NCBI GenBank assembly: GCA_016873195.1
Contig: VGXW01000001.1
Coordinates: forward strand, 4,645 to 68,644
Source of the DNA: Planctomycetota bacterium
GTDB lineage: Bacteria; Planctomycetota; UBA1135; UBA2386
Direction of reading: 5' to 3'
Length of the DNA stretch: 64,000 nt
Below, piece by piece: positions 1 to 7,172 of this stretch. The notes below the pieces were generated by a model. That model saw only the letters and a program-made list of their open reading frames with translations. It did no database searches and was not told where the DNA came from. The translations under genes were made by a program, and so were the position numbers. Each line of letters opens with the position of its first letter. Position 1 is the stretch's first letter.

Positions 1-1553
1 GCTACCTCGACGGCGGCGCCTACGGCAGCTACGGCACTGCGAGCACGTTCTATACGGGCGCGCTGCAGACGGTGACCTACGGCGTCGAGAACTACCACTT
101 CCGCGGCGCGCGCTTCTTCACCAACAAGGCCCCGTGCGGGCCCAAACGCGGGCACGGCACGCCGCAGCCGCGCTTCGCCCTCGAGGTGCAGCTCGACAAG
201 GTCGCGTGCGACCTCGGCCTCGATCCAGCGCAGATGCGCCTCGACAACCTGGCAGCGCGCGACTCGCTGACCGCGAACTTCCTGCGCATCGGTTCGATGG
301 GGCTCGGCACCTGCATCCAGAAGGTCGTCGCCGGCTCGGGCTGGCAGCAGCGACGCGGCAGGCTCGGCAGGCAGCCGAACGGCAAGTGCCGCGGGCTCGG
401 GCTCGCGTGCAGCAGCTACCTGTCGGGCGCAGGCCTGCCGATCTACTGGAACGGCATGCCGCACTCGGGCGTGCAGCTGAAGCTCGACCGCTCCGGCCTC
501 GTGACCGCGTTCTGCGGCAGCACCGACATCGGCCAGGGCAGCGACAGCGTGCTCGGCTGGATCGTCGGCGAGGTGCTCGGCATCGACCCGCTCGGCATCA
601 AGGTCGTCACCGGCGACACGGACCTCACGCCGGTCGACCTCGGCAGCTACAGCTCGCGCGTCACGCTGATGACGGGCAACGCGGCGATGCAGGCGGCCGA
701 ACGCGCGCGCGACGTCGTCGCCAGGGGTGCCGCCGAGAAGCTCGGCGTGCCCGCGGAGCGGCTCGTGTTCGCCGGCGGGCGCGTGTTCGACAGCGCCGAC
801 CCGCAGCAGGGTTTGACCTGGCAGGAAGCCGTCTGCGCCGCCGAAGCGCGCTTCGGCACGATCGGCACGGTCGGCAGCTACGCGCCCCCGCCGGCGGCGG
901 CGAAGTTCCGCGGCGGCGGTGTGGGCCCGAGCCCGAGCTACAGCTACTCGGCGGCCGTCGTCGAGGTCGAGGTCGACGCCGAGACCGGCATCTACTCGAT
1001 CGTGAAGGTCTGGATCGCGCACGACCTCGGCCGCGCGCTGAACCCCGCCATCGCGATGGGCCAGATCGAAGGCTCGGTCTACATGGGCCTCGGCGAGGCG
1101 ATGATGGAGGAGTCGGCCTACCGCGACCGCACGCACAAGGGGCACCGCATCTTCGTGCACAAGATCCCCTCGATGCTCGAGTACAAGAGCCCGACCGCGC
1201 TCGAGATGCCGGAGGTCGTGACCTACATCGTCGAGGACCCGGACCGGAATGGTCCCTACGGCGCGAAGGAGATCGGCCAGGGGCCGCTGCTGCCGATGAT
1301 GCCCGCGGTCGCGAACGCGATCTTCGACGCCGTCGGCGTGCGCGTGGACGAGGTGCCGATCTCGTTCGAGAAGGTGTTCGCGGCGCTGCAGGCGAAGGCA
1401 GCCGGCAAGGAAGCGCGGTTCGGGCCGAGCCCCGGTGCCGGCGGCGTGCCCGCGGTCGACTTCGGCGAGTCGCTGAAGATCAAGACGCCGTGGCAGGGTG
1501 GCGACGGCACGGCGTGGAACGAACCCAAACGCGACAAGAAGGCGGCCAGGTAG
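1..1553 (+). CDS. hcrA: Molybdopterin-binding large subunit of a xanthine-dehydrogenase-family enzyme, probably 4-hydroxybenzoyl-CoA reductase alpha (5' end outside window)
   Basis: Frame 3 is open from nt 3 to the TAG at 1551-1553; track ORF 72..1553 is only its first Met. The translation has aldehyde-oxidase/XDH Mo-cofactor domain motifs (IAHDLGRALNPAIAMGQIEGSVYMGLGEA; GPYGAKEIGQGPLLP). The specific hcrA call rests on the HcrB-type neighbour. Confidence 0.75.
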   Translation, partial: YLDGGAYGSYGTASTFYTGALQTVTYGVENYHFRGARFFTNKAPCGPKRGHGTPQPRFALEVQLDKVACDLGLDPAQMRLDNLAARDSLTANFLRIGSMGLGTCIQKVVAGSGWQQRRGRLGRQPNGKCRGLGLACSSYLSGAGLPIYWNGMPHSGVQLKLDRSGLVTAFCGSTDIGQGSDSVLGWIVGEVLGIDPLGIKVVTGDTDLTPVDLGSYSSRVTLMTGNAAMQAAERARDVVARGAAEKLGVPAERLVFAGGRVFDSADPQQGLTWQEAVCAAEARFGTIGTVGSYAPPPAAAKFRGGGVGPSPSYSYSAAVVEVEVDAETGIYSIVKVWIAHDLGRALNPAIAMGQIEGSVYMGLGEAMMEESAYRDRTHKGHRIFVHKIPSMLEYKSPTALEMPEVVTYIVEDPDRNGPYGAKEIGQGPLLPMMPAVANAIFDAVGVRVDEVPISFEKVFAALQAKAAGKEARFGPSPGAGGVPAVDFGESLKIKTPWQGGDGTAWNEPKRDKKAAR

Positions 1554-1569
1554 GCACGAGGAACACACC

Positions 1570-2550
1570 ATGCTGCGACTGCCCACGTTCACCTACCACC
1601 GGCCCAGGAGCGCGGTCGAAGCCGTGCGCCTGCTGCGCGAGCACGGCCGCGAGGCGATGTACGTCGCCGGCGGCACGGATCTCTATCCCAACATGAAGCG
1701 CCGCCAGCAGACGCCGACCCAGGTGATCTCGCTGCAGGACGTGCCGGACCTGCACGGCGTCGAGGTGCTGGCCGACGGCCGCGTGTCGATCGGCGCGATG
1801 GTCAAGCTGTCGGCGCTCGAGCGGCACCCGCACCTGCTGCGCCACTGCCCGGGCTTCGCCCACGCCGTGCGCGAGATCAGCACGCCGCTGCTGCGCAACA
1901 TGGGCACGATCGGCGGCAACCTCCTGCTCGACACGCGCTGCACCTACTACGACCAGACGCACGAGTGGCGCGAGTCGATCGACTTCTGCATGAAGAAGGA
2001 CGGCGCGATCTGCTGGGTCGCGCCCGCTTCGCCGCGCTGCTGGGCGGTGCAGAGCAGCGACACGGTGCCGGTGGTCTGCGCGATGGAGGCCGAGGTCGAA
2101 CTCGTGGGGAGCGGTGGGGCGCGCACGCTGCGGGCGGGCGAGCTGTATCGCGACGACGGGATCCAGTACCTGACGAAGGAGGCCGAGGAACTGCTGACGA
2201 AGCTCGTGCTGCCGGCGCCCGGCGCGTGGCGGGCGAGCTACGTGAAGCTGCGGCGGCGCGACACCTACGACTTCCCGGTGCTGGGGGTCGGCGCGTGCCT
2301 GTGGTTCGACGGCGGCGGCGTGGTGACCAAGGCGAACGTGCGGCTCGGCGGGGTCGGGTCCTACGCGATCCCGGCGGCCGAGACCGAGAAGCTGCTGGTC
2401 GGGAAGCGGTTGACCGACGAAGTGATCGCGGCGGCGGGTGCGGCGGCGCTGAAGTCGGCGCGCACGATGGACAACACGGACCAGGACGTCTACTGGCGCA
2501 AGAAGGTGGCGCCGGTGTTCGTGGCGCGCGCGATCGCGGCGTGCCGATGA
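1570..2550 (+). CDS. hcrB: FAD-binding medium subunit (CoxM/XdhB fold) with an extra 4-Cys insertion, 4-hydroxybenzoyl-CoA reductase beta type
   Basis: ATG at 1570 lies inside track ORF 1498..2550. The N-terminus MLRLPTFTYHRP...AGGTDLYPNMK is typical of the FAD subunit. It carries an insertion C-x15-C-x7-C-x8-C (nt 1939-2040). It follows hcrA, as in hcrCAB operons. Confidence 0.8.
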   Translation: MLRLPTFTYHRPRSAVEAVRLLREHGREAMYVAGGTDLYPNMKRRQQTPTQVISLQDVPDLHGVEVLADGRVSIGAMVKLSALERHPHLLRHCPGFAHAVREISTPLLRNMGTIGGNLLLDTRCTYYDQTHEWRESIDFCMKKDGAICWVAPASPRCWAVQSSDTVPVVCAMEAEVELVGSGGARTLRAGELYRDDGIQYLTKEAEELLTKLVLPAPGAWRASYVKLRRRDTYDFPVLGVGACLWFDGGGVVTKANVRLGGVGSYAIPAAETEKLLVGKRLTDEVIAAAGAAALKSARTMDNTDQDVYWRKKVAPVFVARAIAACR

Positions 2551-2622
2551 ACTCGCCTCGGCGTGGTCACGGGGCCGCCATGACACTCCCGATCATGGCG
2601 TAACGCTGGCGCTCCTTGCCGA

Positions 2623-3648
2623 TCAGCCCGCCTGGAGCGTGCGTTCGGCATCGCTGATCGTGTCGAGCAGCGCAGCGAAGCTCTGCGGCTCCTCGAGGAA
2701 CATCGGGCGCATGCTCTCGTAGTCGCGGCGCAGCGCCGGCACGCGCGGTGGTGGCGGCATCAGGCGCAGCGACCCGGCCTTCGCCGTGTCGTAGCTGGCC
2801 CAGGCACTCGGGAAGAACATGGCCTTGTGGCGCGCGACCTCGCCGAGCATCCCCAGGTCCGCGGCCGCCGCGCGGCCCACGGGATGATGCCAGAGAGCGG
2901 CGAAGTCCGAGTAGTGACGCGCGCAGCGGTCGGGCATCGGCCGTCCGACGGGTCGGTGGAACTCGGCGTGCAGGATGGTGGCCTTCTCCCAGAACGTCCG
3001 TGGAGCGTCGAGCACGACCACGCGCGCTGCCAGATCACCCTGCGCGAGGCCGAGCGCTTCGTCGACGAGCGTCGCGATCGGCTGGTCGACGAGCGGCCGT
3101 TGGCCCGCGAGCGATCCGAACTCGAGCTTGATCGACTGGGCAATGTAGCTGCCTCCGGCGGCAGCGTCGGTCGTCGGGTAGGTGAACCGCAGCACCGGCG
3201 AGTCGGTGCGCTCGTCGTGTTCGAAGGCGATCCAGCTTCCGCCCGGCGCCGCGCCGAGCCGCTCGCGGAACGACCGCTCGAGCAGTGGCTTCACCTCGGA
3301 CGCCACGAACTCGCGGCAGGCTGCCTGTAGCGCATCGTGTCGCCGGCTCCTGCTGGTCTTCGACGCTGCGGCGACGAGGACCTGTTCCTCGAAGCCGAGC
3401 ACCTCGGGCCGCACGCCGAGGTCGACGTCCTCGGAGAACCGATCGATGACGCGGAAGACCTTCGCCAGGGACGTGCCGCCCTTGAACAACAGGGCCGCGC
3501 CCAGTTCGTGATCCTCGAACAGCCTCGCCAGCGTCCAGCTCACCCATGCGTCCTTCTCGAGGATGAGCGTGGAGATGTCGCTGCGCGCCGCCGCCTCGGC
3601 GAGCAGCAGCTTGCGGTCCTTCGCGTCGAGGCCGGCGAACAGCTTCAT
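2623..3648 (-). CDS. abiEii: AbiEii/AbiGii-family nucleotidyltransferase toxin (type IV TA / abortive infection)
   Basis: Start taken at MKLFAGLD (ATG 3648), which gives an ATGA overlap with the upstream gene. The motif EKDAWVSWTLARL...LLFKGGTSLAKVFRVIDRFSEDVDLGV matches the AbiEii NTase core. Confidence 0.85.
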   Translation of the reverse strand: MKLFAGLDAKDRKLLLAEAAARSDISTLILEKDAWVSWTLARLFEDHELGAALLFKGGTSLAKVFRVIDRFSEDVDLGVRPEVLGFEEQVLVAAASKTSRSRRHDALQAACREFVASEVKPLLERSFRERLGAAPGGSWIAFEHDERTDSPVLRFTYPTTDAAAGGSYIAQSIKLEFGSLAGQRPLVDQPIATLVDEALGLAQGDLAARVVVLDAPRTFWEKATILHAEFHRPVGRPMPDRCARHYSDFAALWHHPVGRAAAADLGMLGEVARHKAMFFPSAWASYDTAKAGSLRLMPPPPRVPALRRDYESMRPMFLEEPQSFAALLDTISDAERTLQAG

Positions 3649-4328
3649 CGGCCCCCGGCTCCGCTCGCGGCCAGCCGACCGACGCTCTTTCCGCGCCTGC
3701 GCGCGCGGCGGCGCGGTTCCTCCGCCGTGAGGAAGCGCAGCAGCGGGTGCATCCACGCCGGAGCCCGCGGCAGATCGCGGCGAAGCCGGCGGCGGTCTGC
3801 GGGTTTCAGCTCGTCGCGCAAGTGGCGGATCCGCGCCTCGGTCGCATGCTGCCGGCCGAGGCTGCGCAGCCCGGCGAACACCATGCTGCTGACCGGTGCC
3901 ACCGCGCCGAGCTTGCGGCGCGGCCGCCGTCGGAAGCGGATGGTCAGCTTGCCCACGCGCACGAGCCGGCTCGGTCCATCGGTCAGGTACTCGATGCGCG
4001 CCGGCACCTGCTCCGAAAGCCGCAGCAGGTTGGCGGCGGTGGCTTCCGCGGGCTGGATCGTTGCGCCGTCGCGGCGCGCCACGGCCTTCGCGATCGTCTC
4101 TGGATCCGGCGACAGGTCGCCGAGCTGCGCATGCCGCCGCGGGACGTCGTAGAGGCCGCGTGCGAGCCGCCGCAGCAGGCCCTTCCGCAGCAGCCGCAGC
4201 AGCGCCATGCCGACCAGGTGCGGCGAGCCGGCGTCGAGGAAGTCGAACGGCGTGAAGACGGAACCCGGCTCCGCCCGCTCGATGCGGCGGCGGATGCGCT
4301 CCGTTCGTGGCATGGGCTTGCCTGGCAT
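3645..4328 (-). CDS. abiEi: AbiEi-family antitoxin / transcriptional regulator
   Basis: Start taken at MPGKPMPRTERIRRRIE (ATG 4328). The winged-helix N-terminus (GSVFTPFDFLD...LLRLLRKGLLRRLARGLYDVP) is typical of AbiEi. It overlaps abiEii by 4 nt. Confidence 0.85.
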   Translation of the reverse strand: MPGKPMPRTERIRRRIERAEPGSVFTPFDFLDAGSPHLVGMALLRLLRKGLLRRLARGLYDVPRRHAQLGDLSPDPETIAKAVARRDGATIQPAEATAANLLRLSEQVPARIEYLTDGPSRLVRVGKLTIRFRRRPRRKLGAVAPVSSMVFAGLRSLGRQHATEARIRHLRDELKPADRRRLRRDLPRAPAWMHPLLRFLTAEEPRRRARRRGKSVGRLAASGAGGR

Positions 4329-4370
4329 TGTGTTAACAATATCGATCAGGACTTTTAACGATCGCCGGTG
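4329..4370 (-). promoter_or_regulatory. AT-rich putative abiE promoter/operator
   Basis: One of the most AT-rich stretches I noticed in the window, immediately 5' of abiEi: GTTAACAATATCGATCAGGACTTTTAACGATCG. It contains palindromic hexamers (GTTAAC, ATCGAT, CGATCG) and a repeated TTAAC(N)ATCG unit. No clean -35/-10 could be assigned. Confidence 0.35.
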
Positions 4371-4418
4371 CAGGATGCCACGGCGCAGTCGCGCGTCGCG
4401 ATGCCGCCGATCCACCGC

Positions 4419-4650
4419 GCGCCGGCGTCACCGCCGCCAGACCGCGAACTGCAGTTCCTCGGCCGCGGGCGACGAGAGGCGAAGCTGGCTGGCAGCGGAG
4501 GTGGGTGGGCTGGGCGACGAGTGGACGGCCACCGAAACCGGGTGGCGCCAGCCCGCGCCCACGACGGACGACACGGACCGGGACGTCCACTGGCTCGAGA
4601 AGGGGGCGCTGGTGTTCGTGGCGCGCGCGCTCGCGGCGTGCCGGTGAACT
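4419..4650. repeat. Junction module copy B: 58-nt segment shared with 5424-5482, followed by a decayed copy of the hcrB 3' end including its stop codon
   Basis: Hand alignment of 4558-4648 against 2461-2551 gives 80/91 identical with no gaps; the translation ...TDRDVHWLEKGALVFVARALAACR* compares with hcrB ...TDQDVYWRKKVAPVFVARAIAACR*. Segment 4419-4476 is about 88% identical to 5424-5482, and 4487-4550 resembles 5535-5600. Confidence 0.65.
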
Positions 4651-4666
4651 GCGGCATCGCTCGCGG

Positions 4667-5251
4667 TCATGCACCTGGCCCGGCTTCACGCCGGGCCCGC
4701 TCGAGCAGTTCGCCGAGCTGCAGTTCGCCGGCCCAATGGCGCAGGTAGTCGAGATCGAGGCGCCCGCGCTGCGTCTTCAGGATGCCGAGCACGTCGCGCC
4801 ACTGGCGTTCCGACGCGCGCCCACCCTTCTCGTACCATTCCAGCTTCGACAGCACGCAGTCCTCGGCGGACGCCACGTGCGCGACGAAGCCCGGCGCGAT
4901 CTCGAGGGGCTGCCGGCGCTGCATCTCCTGCACGCTGAACGCGCGGTCCCGGCGCAGGATCAGGTCGACCTTGAAGCCGGTCTGCCGGTGGATCACGTTG
5001 CACGACTTTGCGTGCGCGATCGCGTATCGCATCCGTTCCGCGTCGGCGAAGAAGTCGGGTCGCAGGCACGCGACCAGCGGCGCGACGACCTCGGGACGGA
5101 GTTCGACGACGATGTCGATGCCCTGCGTGGTCCGGATCTCGCCGTGGACCGTGCTCGCGACCGAGCCGCCGACGAAGTACGAGATGCCGAGCCGCTGCAG
5201 GCAGGTCACGACCGCCGTCACGGCATCGTCCGGCAGGGGATCGTTCGTCAT
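4667..5251 (-). CDS. Minimal nucleotidyltransferase-fold protein (MNT/AbiEii-like), putative TA or defence component
   Basis: 194-aa ORF. It has a GGS-x14-GIDIVVE motif (LGISYFVGGSVASTVHGEIRTTQGIDIVVEL) resembling the G[GS]...DxD NTase signature. Its ATG overlaps the stop of the upstream small ORF (ATGA at 5248-5251). Confidence 0.7.
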   Translation of the reverse strand: MTNDPLPDDAVTAVVTCLQRLGISYFVGGSVASTVHGEIRTTQGIDIVVELRPEVVAPLVACLRPDFFADAERMRYAIAHAKSCNVIHRQTGFKVDLILRRDRAFSVQEMQRRQPLEIAPGFVAHVASAEDCVLSKLEWYEKGGRASERQWRDVLGILKTQRGRLDLDYLRHWAGELQLGELLERARREAGPGA

Positions 5252-5646
5252 TGCGCTTGTGGGTCGAAGCCGTAGCAGCGCACCATCGTGTCCCGGTCGA
5301 GGTGCAGGGCGATGCGGCGCAGCAGCACCTCGCGCTCGTCGGCCTGCGGGTAGCGGCGCCGGATGCCGGCGGTTGCGAACGCATCGGCCATGGCCTGCAG
5401 CCGGCGGAACGCCGCGTACTTCTGCGCCGGCGTCATCTGCCGCCAGACCGCGAACTGCAGTTCTTCAGCCTCGGGCGAGGTGTCGGTGGCGGGGCGATCC
5501 TCGGACACGGAGGCAAGGTAGGCGAGGGGACTCGGGCTGGCAACGGAGGTGGGGGGCTGCCGCGGCGAACGGACGGCTGCCAGTGGTGGCGGCGCTGCAA
5601 CTGGGCCGGCGGCCCGGTGGAGTAGGTCCACATCACGAGGCGCCAT
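5248..5646 (-). CDS. Small partner protein of the NTase (putative antitoxin/adaptor); start uncertain
   Basis: The frame is open far upstream, and candidate ATGs are at 5664, 5646 and 5436. The C-terminal 62 aa (MTPAQKYAAFRRLQAMADAFATAGIRRRYPQADEREVLLRRIALHLDRDTMVRCYGFDPQAQ) look like a compact helical domain. The 5' part overlaps repeat copy C, and GC3 cannot separate the frames there. Confidence 0.5.
   Translation of the reverse strand: MAPRDVDLLHRAAGPVAAPPPLAAVRSPRQPPTSVASPSPLAYLASVSEDRPATDTSPEAEELQFAVWRQMTPAQKYAAFRRLQAMADAFATAGIRRRYPQADEREVLLRRIALHLDRDTMVRCYGFDPQAQ
5424..5640. repeat. Junction module copy C (more diverged; about 45-nt indel relative to copy B)
   Basis: Segment 5424-5482 matches 4419-4476, including an identical 25-nt core at 5439-5463 = 4433-4457. 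Segment 5535-5600 matches 4487-4550. Its plus-frame translation (...GRLPVVAALQLGRR...) weakly parallels hcrB (...GKRLTDEVIAAAGAAALKSAR...). Confidence 0.5.
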
Positions 5647-5816
5647 GTAGACCTTCTCCACCATGCGTCGCGGCGGTTTGACTCCAGCAGCACTCCGGCG
5701 CGCCGGCCTTGGCACCCTCGCGGACGATGTTGCGGGTCGTCGCTCCTTGGGTTCGTGGGCCGTCGCTGGCGGTTGGACCGACGCCGACGCCCGGCGATGA
5801 GTCGCGCCGCGCTCCA

Positions 5817-7007
5817 TCAGCCCGGCGGCACTCGCCACAGCGTCACACGCACCCAACGTTCGTCCCGGTCGTGCTCGAGCTTGGGACCCGTGCCGTTGAA
5901 CTCGGCCATCGCGCGCGCGATGCGCGGGAAGCCGCTGCCGCGCTGCTCCATGAGCCCCTGGTCGGACAGGAAGGTGGCCATCGACTCGTTGCGCGAACGC
6001 GGCGTGCCGCCGGCGAGCACCGACTCGGGCCGTTTGTGGTTCGGCAACGCGCCGGGACTCGTCACCACGACCCGGTCGTCGAACACCTCGATCAGGATGC
6101 GCGAGCCCAGGATCGTGTAGTCGCGGTGGGCGACGGCGTTGACGACGCACTCCCGGAAGGCGCGCATCGGCACCAGCCAGTCGTCGATGCGGCGCATGCC
6201 GACGTAGCGTTCGCTGCGGCCCAGCGCACGCAGCCAGGCTTCGGCACGGTGGACCTGCTCGTCGAGGCGCCCGCGAGCTTCGCCGCTCAGCAACACGGCA
6301 TCGCCGCGGTCGGCGCCGGCGTAGGCCACGAGGTCGACGAAGAAGTTGCGGGTCGGTGCGTGACCCTGGGGGTCCTTGCCGAAACACAGGAGGCCGAACA
6401 GGGTGGCGCGTTGCTGCCCGTCGAGATCGCGACCGAGGACCTCACGGTTCTCGAGGTCGACAGCGAACGGCAGGGCGGGTTCGCTGGCCAGGTCGACACC
6501 CCGGCGCTGCATGAACGCGCGGAAGGCAGTGGGTTCGATGTCGTCAGTACTGGTGCCGGGAACGACTCGTTCCTCGGTGAACACGAGCCCGAACACGTTG
6601 TAGAGCTCCTGCAGTTCGGAGGGATCCGGGTCGACACTGCTCCTGCCGCGACGGACCAGCACCCTGCCGCGATGACGCATCGGTTCGGACCCACGCATGC
6701 GAGCGACCTCGATCCAGTGCACGACTGCGCCCTCGTGCAGCTGTCTGCCGAGGCGTGCCCGGACCGGCAGGTTGAGGGCCGTCTGCAGACTGCTGGCCAG
6801 GCGCTCCTGCACTTCCTCGCCAGGCATCGGCACGCCCTCGATCTGGCCGGTTGCGTCGACGCCGAGCACGAGCAGGCCGCCCTCGGTGTTGGCGAACGCG
6901 CAGACAGCTTCGAGCCAGTCCTTCTCGTCCCAGTGACGGAAGCGGCCGAGTTCGGTCTGCTGGTCCTCGCCAGCCTGGATGCGTGCCACTACCTCGCGCC
7001 ATTCCAT
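5817..7007 (-). CDS. COG2865-type protein: AlbA_2/Schlafen-like divergent AAA N-domain plus HATPase_c_4-like C-domain (putative ATP-dependent DNA-binding regulator)
   Basis: Start taken at MEWREVVARIQAGEDQQTELG (ATG 7007). The motifs EAVCAFANTEGGLLVLGVD and FRECVVNAVAHRDYTILGSRILIEVFDDRVVVTSPG...RSRNESMATFL are typical of this family. Confidence 0.8.
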   Translation of the reverse strand: MEWREVVARIQAGEDQQTELGRFRHWDEKDWLEAVCAFANTEGGLLVLGVDATGQIEGVPMPGEEVQERLASSLQTALNLPVRARLGRQLHEGAVVHWIEVARMRGSEPMRHRGRVLVRRGRSSVDPDPSELQELYNVFGLVFTEERVVPGTSTDDIEPTAFRAFMQRRGVDLASEPALPFAVDLENREVLGRDLDGQQRATLFGLLCFGKDPQGHAPTRNFFVDLVAYAGADRGDAVLLSGEARGRLDEQVHRAEAWLRALGRSERYVGMRRIDDWLVPMRAFRECVVNAVAHRDYTILGSRILIEVFDDRVVVTSPGALPNHKRPESVLAGGTPRSRNESMATFLSDQGLMEQRGSGFPRIARAMAEFNGTGPKLEHDRDERWVRVTLWRVPPG

Positions 7008-7172
7008 GGTGTGCCGTCGTCGTGGGAATCCGCTGGGACGACCGATCGTTCTCGTCGGATGGGTTGGCCGCAACCCCGAGCCGCCCAGGTCGCGAGCGCG
7101 GGCACAGGGCCCTCACGCCGGCGCCGCGATCGACCGGCGAGACGACGCACCCTCGCAACGCCCCGCTGCCGC

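Noticed and set aside
2312-2397. Extension of hcrB-to-junction homology further upstream (gcgaacgtgcggctcggc against gcgaactgcagttcctcggc)
   Set aside because: It needs several indels and rests on short GC-rich matches. I only trust the A-B match from about 2398 onward, and especially 2461-2551.
7100-7150. Possible fourth copy of the junction/hcrB-like module after the COG2865 gene (gccggcgccgcgatcgaccggcgagacg)
   Set aside because: There are only short GC-rich word matches (GCCGGCG, GACCG). This is not distinguishable from chance at this base composition.
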